Of a DNA stretch of 64,000 nucleotides, positions 38,082 to 51,040 are shown piece by piece. The notes beneath the pieces were generated by a model. The model was not told the origin of the DNA and made no database searches. It worked only from the letters and a program-made list of their open reading frames with translations. Position 1 is the stretch's first letter; each line of letters begins with the position of its first letter. The stretch lies in assembly GCA_904063045.1 (NCBI GenBank), contig CAJFCJ010000002.1, positions 4,373,645 to 4,437,644 on the forward strand. The letters are read 5' to 3'. Origin of the DNA: Dimorphilus gyrociliatus. Its lineage: Eukaryota; Animalia; Annelida. The position numbers were made by a program, and so were the translations under genes.

Positions 38082-39656
38082 TTAAAGCGCTCTTGTTTTA
38101 CTTTTGCATATATCCATTATGCTGGTAGCTAGCTTTTCATAATCATGTAAATCATTATAAATATGTACGGATATTCTAACGTATAATTGATTATTTACAG
38201 CCTTAATTGGCACTTCGATCTCATATTCGTTGAATAAACAGTTCTGAATGATTTCCGCATCTTCGTATCGTATCATTTCCTTCCCTTCGAAAAGTTCATT
38301 AGGAAGTCGTATTAAAGCCATACCAGCTGCGTGAAAAAAAAAATATATAGAACAAGGATTTTTATTCGATATTTCTTAATTGAATCTTGGAATAGAAATT
38401 CAATCATAAATTTACCTAACATATTTAAGGGAGCGATTAAATCGGTATCCCATTCCTTAATCAACAAATTGCATGCTTTTCTTAATAAATCTCTTATGTA
38501 CAATCGGATTTTCTCTGGTTCAACGATGTTCCAAAAATCTAATGTCTGGCTAAGGCCTAGGAAGGGAGAATAGTCTTTTGTTCCTACCCAGGAGAACTCT
38601 GAGTTAAATCCGTAACCGTAACCATATGACGTTACGGCCGAATGAGTATTTTGCCTGTGCTCATCCTTCACATACAGGAAGGCCGTACCCTTAGGACCGC
38701 ATAGCCATTTATGACAATTTGATGTGTAATAATCAGGGTTTAACGCTTTCATATCTAAAGCAGTGCTACCTAAGCCATGAGCGCCATCTATCAGAATCTG
38801 AACGCCTTTAAGACGACACATATCTATGATTTTCTGTATTGGCATAATAAAAGCGAGAACGCTTGAAATATGATCAATAATTAATAGCTTCGCCGGCGTT
38901 TCGTGTAAGCTAGTCTCGATAGTTTTGACAATTTCTTCCTCATCAACTACGGGTAAATGAATAGGAATTTCCATTGATTTAGCACCAGTCTTACAACAGG
39001 TCCGACGCAATGCACTTCGGATACCACCATGAATAAAAGCTGTATGCAAAACAACATCCTCGCTTGACAATTCTAAACTTGAAAAGACCGAACTGACGGC
39101 CGTAGTGACATTATCAACGAGAACGACGTTTTTTGGATTTGAATCTGACAGGGGTGGGCAAACTTACTAATTGTTCTGAATAAATTATTCAAATTAAACA
39201 AAAAAAAGAACTGACTGATAAAAGCAGCCAATTTCCTCGTAACGTCGGCAATCTGCGAAAGGAGTTGTCGATCGATGAACCTTACCGGTTGCCTTTCACA
39301 GAACAATTGCCACGCTTGAGTTGCGTTCATTGCAGGCGTCATTACGCTCCCGAATGCACCGTGATTTAAGAAGGTAAAATCATCTTCCAATAGAAAGTAT
39401 TTTTTCTTTACCTCCTTTCCAAACTCTCTCACAACCGATTTATCAACTTTAGTTTCCGGTATTTCTTTTGGCAGTTTTGGCGCAGAGTAGACCGACTGTT
39501 TTTATATTAAGTCATTATTTATCTTAAGAGTAAAGTTTTTTAGGCTCTGCCCTTAATAATTTAAAAAGAAAATGGAAATAGTACTTCCTCTATCCCAATG
39601 AGATCTTCAACGTTTGACACGTGGAAAGAGCCAAAAAGACGTCGTTTTTCAGCCAT
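38082..39656 (-). CDS. PLP-dependent aminotransferase class-V enzyme of the CefD/LCD/Egt2 subgroup (putative C-S lyase or cysteine desulfhydrase), about 441 aa. Exons 39656-39585, 39495-39216, 39144-38416, 38326-38082
   Basis: FLNHGAFGS, NVTTAV, IDHISS, IDGAHG, SNCHKWLCGPKG (PLP lysine), GTKDYS, YVRISVHIYN; in-frame splicing (1326 nt). Confidence 0.9.
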
Positions 39657-40013
39657 CTCCGATAGATTGAATGTTAGGATTTGCACGAAATTACGCTAAA
39701 TTACATACTAATTCATGATTGGCTACAGTCTTTTGGCGGGATATTTGAATATTACATATTGAGATACTTCTTGTTTACCCGCTATTAAATGAAGATGTAT
39801 TAAATAGAATATTTCCGATTAGTGAAAGGAAGAATATGAATAACTTCCACAATTTCCAATGAATAAATAAATTAGATAAGAAAGTATAAAAAATTTGCTT
39901 AGTCATAGAATAAAAAAAACCACACAAGACTGCACAGCAACATTTGCAGTTTTTTGACTTTTTCTCATCAGTTTTCCTTTCAGCCTCTTTACATATATCA
40001 CACACACCTTTTA

Positions 40014-40661
40014 TTACTTATGGACATTATGCAAAGTCCATATAGCAGTTTGTTTAGGCCTAATATGAGCTCTTTTTGTGCCGAATGTGGCTGCTATGTC
40101 TTTTTGCAAACTTAAATCAATCATCGACCCGTTCGAATTGGATAAATATTCCACTCGCTTCTCTTTTTTCTTTCGCTTTTTTTCCACTTGCTGAACGACA
40201 ACGTCGCGGCCTGTTAAGAGTAAAAATGATAATGCATGATGAATGAGTACAATAACGTTAGAAACGCTAAGAAATGTACTACTACCTTGAAAATCGGCCG
40301 ACAATAGGGGTTCTGCCGTATGATTAACAGGGAGGCAAGGCGGAGGTCGATTAAAATTTGGCGTGTTCCGTCGAACTTGGTGAATGTTTTCAACTAGAGT
40401 CTGAAGGCTAAAATTCTTTAAAAGAGCTTGCCGTCGCCTTCTATATTTGTGTCCATTCTTTTTGTGATAACTAACGAAAGAGGCTACCATTAGAGCAACG
40501 ACAATGAGACTGAAGATTGTATATGGTAGCCAAATGAGCTTCATGGGAATTCCAGTTCTTGTCGTTGCTTCCGTCGGGGATGTGCGATTTGAGAGCATGT
40601 TAATTCTAACTTTGACGGTTACTGATCGGCTTCTTCGCCGCTTCTCGATCGCATCATTCAT
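40014..40661 (-). CDS. Single-exon, single-pass membrane protein of unknown function, 215 aa
   Basis: 648-nt ATG-initiated ORF in AT-rich DNA; TM segment IWLPYTIFSLIVVALMVASFVSY followed by a basic patch HKKNGHKYRRRR; NRT sequon upstream of the TM. Confidence 0.7.
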   Translation of the reverse strand: MNDAIEKRRRSRSVTVKVRINMLSNRTSPTEATTRTGIPMKLIWLPYTIFSLIVVALMVASFVSYHKKNGHKYRRRRQALLKNFSLQTLVENIHQVRRNTPNFNRPPPCLPVNHTAEPLLSADFQGSSTFLSVSNVIVLIHHALSFLLLTGRDVVVQQVEKKRKKKEKRVEYLSNSNGSMIDLSLQKDIAATFGTKRAHIRPKQTAIWTLHNVHK

Positions 40662-41057
40662 TGCCGTTTATCTGATAACCGAAAGTACAGTTAATTTTTC
40701 ATATCGGTAGTGTTTCACCTACTTTTACACTACATAAGAAGAAGTCCCACCATATTTGTATTGCCTATTACGACAAATAATTTTGTTATAATCAGTGTAA
40801 TAAGTGTAATGAAAATTCTTCAAGTCCTTAATTGGTAGAACGACAAAAGAATGTGCGTAATTCGAAGCATCTTTTGCCTACAGAAATCGATTGCAGTGCC
40901 GTTGTAATTAGATCAAAAAGATCTCATTTCACCTGTTTCTCTGAAAGAGAATAAAAACATAAACTAATCTTCAGATGCTGTTAAATGTCACTCTTCCTAA
41001 TCGGACGACTTTTTATGTAATCAATTCGAGATCAGAAACGGACAAAAACCAAGTAAC

Positions 41058-41079
41058 TAAATAAATAAATAAATAAATA
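41058..41079. repeat. (TAAA)n tetranucleotide repeat
   Basis: taaataaataaataaataaata read directly. Confidence 0.8.
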
Positions 41080-43752
41080 ACTGTTGCTGCTAAGGGCATC
41101 TACAGCGTAATGCACTATAATATAGCACAATCGTCGATAGTTTGCTTATCGAAAGAGGGCTTTCAAATTGTTTGGCCTATATAGGATGCTAATTGAAAGC
41201 AGTAGGCTACAACTGATGGTTGAAACATGATAAAAATAATATCTCGGAAAAGTGACAGCTATATGAATTTTTTATAGGAAAATCTCTTCTTCCCCTTAAG
41301 GCCGTATATTGTAGACTATAGAGAATCCTCTAAATCTTATGAACTTCAACTAATCCTCAACATCTCTCTTTCAGATAGGCAATGATTACTTTAATTTATT
41401 GAGCTAAAGTGTTTGAAACTATTTCAAAGTAAACGAGAGACGTTGAAAAACGAAAAATTGTTTTTGTTAATTTACTCCTTCCATTATTTTGCTAACTATG
41501 GACTAAATCTAGAACATGGGAAATCGGACTGAAAAAAAATTTGCTCATCATCCTTGCACTTGCTTTTTTGCCTTTTTACCTTTTTTCCCTCTCCATTTAT
41601 CTATCCCTTTACATCATATTGTATATTTCTTTATTTTTTACAAACTCCCTCCACCCCCCTCCTACTCTCTTTCTCTCGCTTACCAGCTCTTGGCGTTTGC
41701 ATTAACATAATCTGACTTTGTCGAAATACTACCAGGTTAACAAAATACGAGTTATACGAGAAAGATAATAATATAATTACATTATGGAGTGGAGAGTGTA
41801 ATCAAAAAATTGGTTATGGTGGGAATATTTCTAGAGTCTGTTGGATGAAATGAGGTAAAATAACTATTATTACTAGTTTTGCTTCATCCCTTAATTCTTG
41901 TTCAATCTAAAAACGATTGCAGCCTAACCTATCACCCGAAATCGCAGTAAATCTGTTAAAATGAACTCGACCGTTGGATGAGGAGTATCAAGGGCAAATA
42001 GAAAAAATATCTAGCATTGTTTCATCCAATTCTTATCAATTGAAGCTTATCCGAGCTCCTAAAACATTAACCTACCGGAACAAAGGCGAAAAAACCCATA
42101 AACCGTACACCCTACTCCCATCGATTATTTCCTTCCATAAATGATATTTATGTTGGTTTTCGTTCCGAAATAAATAGGTCTTGTAACAGAAATTATGTCA
42201 AAAATTTTTCCTTCAGAGTGCAAACAACGTCAGATAAGACGCTATCCACATCGATTTTTCCGCCTGTCTCATCACATCCCGTGAGACGACGACCAAACAA
42301 AACTTTTACATTATTTCTCTATTTTCACCATTACCGATGGCTAGACAAACATAGCTAAAATATTACAATATTTTGCAAAATCGATTTCAGTTCAAATTGG
42401 AAGTCTTAAATGAATTGAATTACCTTTCATTTAACCTTAAGAAATTCAAAAGGAAACGAGATAAATAAATTAATACGAACCTATTCCAAAGAAGCGGATA
42501 AACACATTCCTCAGCCGACTGCAAAAACCGTATATATGTGCCGAAACGTATTACGATTATGTATACAGGCCGGAAACAACCGCAATTTTGCGGTAGAAAT
42601 AACAACCAGCCACCGTATACTTTGCAGTGCCAACTGCCGGTTACACTCTACAAATTTTTCCCTTCAGGCCTATGTCCCACGAAAAATTATTTCCTTAATC
42701 TGTTACAGTGGAGACGTCCATGGACTATCTTTCTCCTCTCGCATCCAAATAGATGTCACTTACGGCTTTCTAACCTACATTTTATTCTGTTTCTATAGTA
42801 ACGGCAGGTAGCTTAAAAATTACTCGCCAGCTCACGTTCTCAGTTTTTATTCGTCCTACTCTGGTGCCATCTAGATAACGGTTTTATGAAATTTCCTATT
42901 TTTGACTTATCTCATAGACAATAATTTCAGTTTTAAAACCTTTTATGCCAGTCGAGTAAGCAACAATAGTTGTTTAATGGTTTCTATTTGCTAGTCAAAT
43001 AGAATATATCTTAATGTTTTTTCATCTGCCTTTGATTTCTACGACGTAGAAGGCTCTTTCAGTTCTTTCTCGCTTAATTTAAACAAACTTCAGAGTGGGA
43101 AACTAAAACTATTCATACCTCGACAATCATTTTATCTCTATGTACAAAATATATAAAGATGTATTTAAATATGAATCCATATATTATGATTGTATGATGG
43201 AAACCATATAGTGCACTATGTATACTTTCTCAGTATGTACTGTATATTCATCTTATTACATTAAATATATTGTATACTATTTAAATGTGCACAATACACA
43301 ATATGTATTCAGCATAGTCTGAGTTTAAAAAAATATATTATTTATTATTTAAACATGGTTTAAAACTTTTATTTGCCCTAAACCATCTGATAAATTGAAT
43401 AAATTCAAAATTTATTGACGAAGGTGAAGAAACGCCTTCTGTCGGAATGCGTACGATTTTTTTAAGCATTAACAGAAAGCAAAAATAAATTTGGAGAGGA
43501 AAAAAAACAAAGAACGAACAAGAAAGTAAATCTAAAGCATATAGATATTATTTCTTTTTACAGATTTCTGACAAGTGAGAAACATTAAATTTTAAGGGCA
43601 AATCCCAAGAGCATAAGAGCAATTACATTGGTGTATAACCCATAATATATTCTCATTCTTTGTCGTATACTCCTGAAAGTTACGATAAATAATTTTACCA
43701 TATAACTGGAATAATATTCGTAGTTTTGACATTCTCACATAAAAGAACCTTC

Positions 43753-45861
43753 TCAAGTGTGAGAAGGGGATATTTGAGCATTACGGAATTTAGACAATAC
43801 AGATTCGAAATCATTGGAAGATTCTCCAGAGTATTGATTCTGTTCGCGATTTTCTAATCGCCTCCATTGTTCCCGGAGATTATCATCAACAATAGCCGAT
43901 TGACACTTCTTGTCTCTTCTCCTCTTATCAATTTCTCTTTGAAATTCATTTTTTGTTCTCAGGACATTCATCAAACCCTGTTTAGCATTCAACGCTAATT
44001 CTTTGTGTAAAGCTTGGTGCTTTTGGCTTTCTTTTATGGGATTTCTCAATTTAGATGCTTTAATCAAATGCTGATCTTGCTCTGGAGCTGGTTTTAAATA
44101 TTTTGGATTGATAACCATAGATTTCTGCTTTTGTTGAGCGGGAGTTAAACCTTCCTCGTCTTCGTCATCATCAGTATCGTAGTCAGGTGGAGGTAATAGG
44201 CCTTCTGGAGGAGGTGGGAAGTCAGTATATTTTTCAGGATGATCTTAAAAAGAGTATAAACAATATGTAAATATTAATAGATATATATATATATATACAC
44301 ATTTATAAATATATACATTGTATATGATAACAAGGTGAATATAAAGATTCTAGTATAAAAAATATTAGTAAAGTCTGACAAAAGAAGTATGAAAGGAAAA
44401 ATAAGTTAGAAAAAAATATCAATCAAAATTCATATTATAATAGTACTATCAAAGTATTTATCATTCAAAAGTTATTAGTCTAGAACACAAACAAACAAAA
44501 GAATTCATATCGAGAAATATGTATGTATATATATATATATCATATTTTCTATATGAATATTAAAAACAAATGTTTACACAAACCATTCGCAGAACAAGAG
44601 AAGCGCATCCGATATAGATATTATTATAATTTATCATTAACTTATATTATTTCTTTAGTTATTCAAAAAGTCCATAGACCTTTTACTAAGTTTTTTCTTT
44701 ATTACTTTCCATTGCTTTTAATTCAAGTAAGAGAGATTAGTAAATAGTTTCATTCAAGTGAGCTTCTTAAGCGCAAGGAATTGAAGAGAAAGAGAAAAAG
44801 AAAAACATTCTATCTAAAGTGGTCTTCTAGAGATTTTAACCCTACTAACATTAATTTTATCATAAGCAGAAAACATTCTATTATTGCAAAAAATGTGTAA
44901 GAGGCACTATTTAGTAGAAAAGATAACCTCAGGATCAGTACCTGCAGCTTCTACAATGGCATTCCATTCACTTAATGATAATGGAATAGAATCATCCTCG
45001 TTACTATCGTCTCTATCTTCATAGTCTGGCATAGAAGCTAAATTACTAGCTTATATTACTGGTTTACTTGTTAAATGATACCCGTTCAAATAAACTCTGA
45101 CAAAACTAACTATTGAATAAATATAGCTTACCAACTGGAGGAGCTGGCAAAGGTTCATTCCCTTCCATCCATGAATCAAAAGATTGTATCATGTGAGGAG
45201 GCAATGAATAGATATCGGCTAATTTAAAGTCCTGGGATTTCTTCATAGATCTCAATCGTCTGGCATATTTTTCAGTTTGTTTCTGTTTTATTTTAATATA
45301 AAAAAGCTTTTATATTATAATTAAGAGCTTTTTATGGTGTACATATGCATTATACGATAATGTAACTGGCGTCAAAATTGTATACTTTATACATTGGGTT
45401 CAATTATTGCTTAATTGCGTTTTATATAATTCCGATTGTTTGGTTAATACTCGATTAGTTATGCAAGTTTAGATACTGTCCAGTATAGCGAAAGACAACA
45501 ATTATCTTTATCATCTTCTATCTAAGTTTTAAAATATTGATAAAATATTTTTTTTCCATATTAAAATCTCCGTCTGATGGAAAAATGTTGAAAATGTTCT
45601 TTTTTCTCTTAAATTATTATAAAAATAATTATTACTAACTTGGTGGTCGGAAGGTAGGAAAATCGTTGATTTTCTTTCAACAAGAGTTAAATATTTAGCT
45701 GGAACGAATCCTATGGAGTTATCATTTAATCGTCTAACCCCCCACCATTCAATTCCTTCGCTGCTGTCTATTAATTGGAAATGATCGGATTTTTCAAATG
45801 ATAATACGTAATTTGGTTTTTGCGGCCAATCAAAGGAAGCCTCTGCTCGGTATATATCCAT
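43753..45861 (-). CDS. SH3 domain + proline/acidic linker + FAM107 (DUF1151) domain protein, about 319 aa. Exons 45861-45640, 45282-45132, 45037-44942, 44243-43753
   Basis: SH3: LSFEKSD...EWWGV...GFVPAKYL. FAM107-like: LIKASKLRNPIKESQKHQALHKEL...KNEFQREIDKRRR. Phases 0, 1, 1 join in frame (960 nt). Confidence 0.82.
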
Positions 45862-47024
45862 TACGCCGTGGCCACGACGAGAAAATTCGACATTTATGCT
45901 ATGTCCCGTCCTAGATGTTGTTTATTCAAAGTGACATGTTGATTGTGTTACAGTGGTCGACGTCTTAACACATAAGCTTTCATAGCGCCATTTTGAATTT
46001 CCAACTATGTTTGTTAAATGCTGTGACTTCAATTGTCGTCTAGTACTATTTCCGCTAAGCGGGGACTTTGAAATTATTCGAAATAAAATCTTTAGTACGC
46101 TATTTATATTCTGGCCTCAAAGAATATTTGAATGAAAATTCGTATGGCTCATACTCTATACTGTTTATTATGAATAGTTCAAGAGTATAAGTAGTTTGAT
46201 AAACAAAAGATTAAATATATTTTTTTACGTTTTAAAGAAAGCACATAAATGAAAAATAAAGCAAATTATTATTGATGATTCAGAAAACTATACATTAATA
46301 TCTCATTAATTAATGATTTTATATGCGCAATGAAGGCTAATATAAGAATTAAGTAAGAAATTAAGACTGACTTAAAACGTTTTTACCATTTCTCTATTAT
46401 TTAGTAATGGAAGAAAATTCTCGACTTGCGGGTTTCTATTTGCATCCTTCGAGAATTTCTAAGACTAATATGAAAAGGCTTTACTTCCGTCACTTTCTTT
46501 CTCTTTTTGAATCAATTCATTTGTTCTTTCTTTAGGAGTCACGCTCAGGAAAGCGCAACCCTTACCCCCTTATTCTTATTGCTAGAATCAACTCTTCCCC
46601 CAAGATTCTATTACCTCTAGCTAAAATTCCAATCTAAGCTATTAGTTATTCTATTGTTTTCTATTGTTGGTATAATATCGTAGATGAAAGAGAACACAGT
46701 TACAGTACTATTACGAGCTAATACCCACTAGGGAGCGCTACACACAAATATTGATCCAGTAGGCTGAAGAGTGAAAACTGTAAGAGCCACCGTATTCATT
46801 TGAAACTAGAAATAACAATATGTTCACATTGTTGAGGATAAATTATAATCTTAAATGATTGTATTGTCTTGATAAAACAGTAGGTATCTCTCTGAAACGT
46901 CCGGTAATTTTTACAAAAATGTGAGATTTTTATATTACTACGAAATAATTGGTGAACTATTAGTCATTAATGTTGTTGGCACGACGTTGAGATATGCTGA
47001 TCAGTGGATAATTACGATAGGAAA

Positions 47025-48694
47025 ATGAAATCCGACAATCAACTGCCGGAAAGAAGGATCCTTCCATCTGAAGGCGACAGCATTGATTTAGAAGGTGTAG
47101 GAACGAGTTATAAAATGGGAGGTTTAGATATGGTAGATACTATTAGTCTTTACACCTTAAAAATGCTCAGAGACAGTCGATACTACGTTCAACATCCATA
47201 TTTTAGAATATTTGTGGCATATTTTGTTGTTTTCTGTAATTTCCTTATTTACGCCGAAGATCCTGTCGCCCACAGCGTATCTGAATGTTCTCTTCCAGTT
47301 TTGGGTAATGCTTTTTCGTTCGTGATCATTAGATGGCCTGACGTTGCTGGCTATGCTATTTTAAAAGTTTTTATGTCAACTTTGTTTCTTGGGTGTGGTA
47401 TGATTTTTGGAAAATACATTATTCACAAACGATTCCTTAGTGGCTATTTAAGGTTTGTTCTTTTACTCTACTCTATAAAATTCACATAGACTACTTACTG
47501 AATTAATTATGTTATTTGATGCTATCTTACTATATTTTATACTACTACTTTTTTTTTATTTATGATTGTAACTTACCTAAAATTATGATAATTACGTTTT
47601 CCCTTTCATACAACTAATAATTTATCGACAGATTATCGGCATTTAGACAAAATCATGGATCATTTATGGTCATGTTTTTTACTACTATTTTTTCGGCCTA
47701 TTTAGGCTCATTGGTTTACAATCTGTTTTTGAAAAGTGCTCCTATGTACTCCGAAAGAGTTGAGGGTTGGATGTCTTCAAAGTATATGGGGATGTCAAAT
47801 GCAGTTTTTATGAAATTAGCTGCATCGGGTACTTGGGCAGGAGATTTGTTTACTGCTTGGATGGTCACTGACGTGATGCTTCAAGAAAAATTCTATCCCT
47901 CGTGGGCTCAATCTTTAAGGCTTTGGTGGTCGACCAAATATAGAAGAATAATAGCATTTTGGACGGTTATTGTTATTTCTTCGCTGTTTGTCGTCACTAT
48001 TATAGCAACAGATGTTGTTAGATGGGATGAGTTTAACATGAATATTCTTCCCACCAATGAACTTTCAAGAGCCTTTCTAGCTTCTTTTATTCTTTGCTGT
48101 GATTTGGTAATAGTTGTTCAAGATTGGGACTTTCCAAGGTTTAATTCAAATTTAGACGTCAAACTACCTGGTCTTACTATATCTGAATTTAAAATAACTC
48201 TACCGGCTAACCTATCTAGGATTGAAATTAGTGGAAAATGGTTCAATTATGGTATTATTTTTATAGTCATGCTGCTGGATTTAAATATGTGGAAGAATCA
48301 AATATTTTATAAACCATTAGATTTCGGTCAATATGTAGGCGAAGACAGTAGAATATACACAGTTACAAAAGTTGAATATCTCACCAATAATCTCACGTAT
48401 GAATACAGAAAATCTCATATAAATCCGCTAACGAATGCGACATTTGTAGAAGATGACTGGGCAATGAATGCTAAATTTGTCGGGTACAGTTTAGGGGTAA
48501 AATGCATTGCACTAATTCCAAACGTAATAGTCTTCCTTGCGTTTGGTTATTCTGTCTATTATTTCGGAAGGCTTTCAGCAGAGCAGCCTGTGCGCTGTGT
48601 TAAAGTTAAGAAAAAGAAACCTAGACGAATCGAAAGGTTTTTAAGCCATTTTAGTAAAACTGGAACAGACGATATTGATACGAGTAAGATCTAA
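47025..48694 (+). CDS. TMEM117: Transmembrane protein 117, about 496 aa. Exons 47025-47452, 47632-48694
   Basis: QHPYFRIFVAYFVVFCNFLIYAEDPVAHS, FRQNHGSFMVMFF, TDVMLQ, QDWDFP, ISGKWFNYGI, DLNMWKNQIFYKP match TMEM117; the phase-2 intron joins in frame. Confidence 0.9.
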
Positions 48695-51040
48695 TTGCCA
48701 ATGTTACTTTCAACTATTCTTTCTTTGCTGTATTCGTATATAAACCTGCATGTATCTATCCACACGCACTACCTGATTTACATTACACACATGAACACAC
48801 TCATACATACGTTCATACGCACATTCATATACTGAAATATACCCAAATATGAAATCAATATTTTTTTATGAAAAACAAAAGAAACATTTTTTACATTTTG
48901 TTTTTCTTTTATTGAAAATTATGAATAACTTCCTGTATTTTTAAAGTCTTATTTCTATTGTTGAGAACTATTTTATGTTCAAATTAGTTTGTTTTAGTGA
49001 CAATGAAAATGAATTGTTTTTAATAAAAAAGAAAACGAAAAAACAAAAATAGTGTTAAGAATATATAGTCTTATGGATGCTGTTTGCCCTATAGAGCGTA
49101 GGTGGTTAGAGATAAATGAGAGTCGTTGAAGGGGTGAAGACTGGTGGAGGCAGTGAAAACTAGAAGAGTAAATAATTCTGTATACGTATATACTTTATGA
49201 TTTATCAACTAAAAGATGTATTTTACAAAGTAGGACTCTGTTGATTTTTGTCAGAAATAAAATTTATGCAGTATATAGACGCTTCATCCGTTCCCTTACC
49301 CCTTATAAAGGATAAATTGGATGTAGAATGTTTGAATGAGTTTCTATTCTGCTTAATAAAGAAGGGTCGCGGCTTGATAATAAATAAGATGCACTGCTGA
49401 GAATAGAAAAAAATGTTGGTAATTTGCTGTCTGTAGTCGTCTTAGAACGTCCGATTTTTATAAGTGATTCGTAAACAAATCAAACGCTTTATTATGCGGA
49501 TCTAAAATAGAGTTTAGTTAGTAAAAAATCAAATCTACTTATCACTTACTTTACTAATAAATCCTAGAAAGTCGATGTGATAAGCTTATAGAAAGTTGTC
49601 TTTGTTATAATTGTCTTCTTATAGGAAACTGCTTCGCTAATGAATGGTGGCTAATTATAAACGTTGTTGATCTATAGAATAACGTACAGGCGAGCTATTG
49701 ACAGGCTTTTTATATAATTATAGCTGGCATCTCGTTTTTATGTAGCAAAAAAATAAGTCATTGTACATAAATTTGATGCTTAACTGTTCTTCTTCCCGTC
49801 TATAGTTTATAACGTTGAAATTTGTATGAACAAAAAATCAATGAATATTTATTAGTTACCTTTAATGAGATGGAGATAAAAAAAAACACCCCTTCGTTTT
49901 CTTTCACCCGCTTTTGACTAAGATATAAAAGCATTGTATGCTTTTCCAAGTACAAAGAATCGGGTAAAATTATCATGTCTAAGTATACTTTTGAAATGCC
50001 TATTTTATAGTAGTTTGCTGGGAAGCCATTCGTGTCTGTCCTGTCATAATCAATTATAGAAACTGTCTAATGATATCTGTCCTTTTTTCCCTTCTACTTC
50101 AAAGGAAAATAAGTTGTTCTTCGTTGATCAATTTACAACGGTTTGCACAGCTTTTTAATAATTAATTGAGAGAGTCATAAAGTAAGTTTTACTTTATATT
50201 TTCATATATTCCACCTTCTTTGAAGAATAACTATTAGTTTAATAGTAATAAGAATAACATCAACCATCAGTTTTAATGTGAAAGATGAGTCGTTTATTGA
50301 AATGAATTCTCATTTATCAGAGAAATAATAATGTTCACAATATAATTTACTATTTAATATACTGTATTAAATAAAGTATTCTGTTTGATAAAATACTCTA
50401 TAAAATACACTATATATTTACTTATTTTGTCCTCTCTACACTCAAAGTGTATCTATAATATTTTTGATCTAGCTATTCCTGTTTCCTATGGCAGCTTTTA
50501 CAGATGGTTTAATCCTTTATTTAGAAGCTAACTCTATTTATTCTATAAAAAGAATTGCAAAATATCAGCGTCAGGCCTAAAATAGTAGGATATTTGTTTA
50601 TACTTTTAATCTGATCAAACAGATTTTGTCTATTTCACCTTCGAAAGTAAATGACTTTGAATAAGAAAATTTTGCTTAAATCTTATTTGCATGAGAGTCT
50701 TTTTTGTCAATTTTCCCTGTCTCTATAGAGCAACTTAGGAATTCTTAAATATTTCACACAGTATCACCGCATATGCAATAGATGGAGCTGCTAGAGTAGA
50801 ATAGAATATAAAAAAGTGAGGTGGCTATATTACCCTTATTAATATTCTAGGGATATTGTTAAATAAAAAGGATTAACCTTATCTCTTTCCCTTTGATCTT
50901 TCTAGGTTGTCTACGAACTGTTTATCATGCTTGATTAGTTAAATGTTTGTAAAAAGCGACATTGTATTTTGTTTACCAATCAAGTTCAATATTTGAAAAG
51001 AATAGAAAATAGTTTTATATTAAATCTACTAATCAAAGTA

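Noticed and set aside
37931-38128. Track ORF MHVESLSAF...
   Set aside because: Out of frame with the neuropeptide exon; no features of its own.
42420-42811. Three overlapping open frames in a GC-richer patch
   Set aside because: No recognisable protein or splice context; more likely regulatory or UTR sequence.
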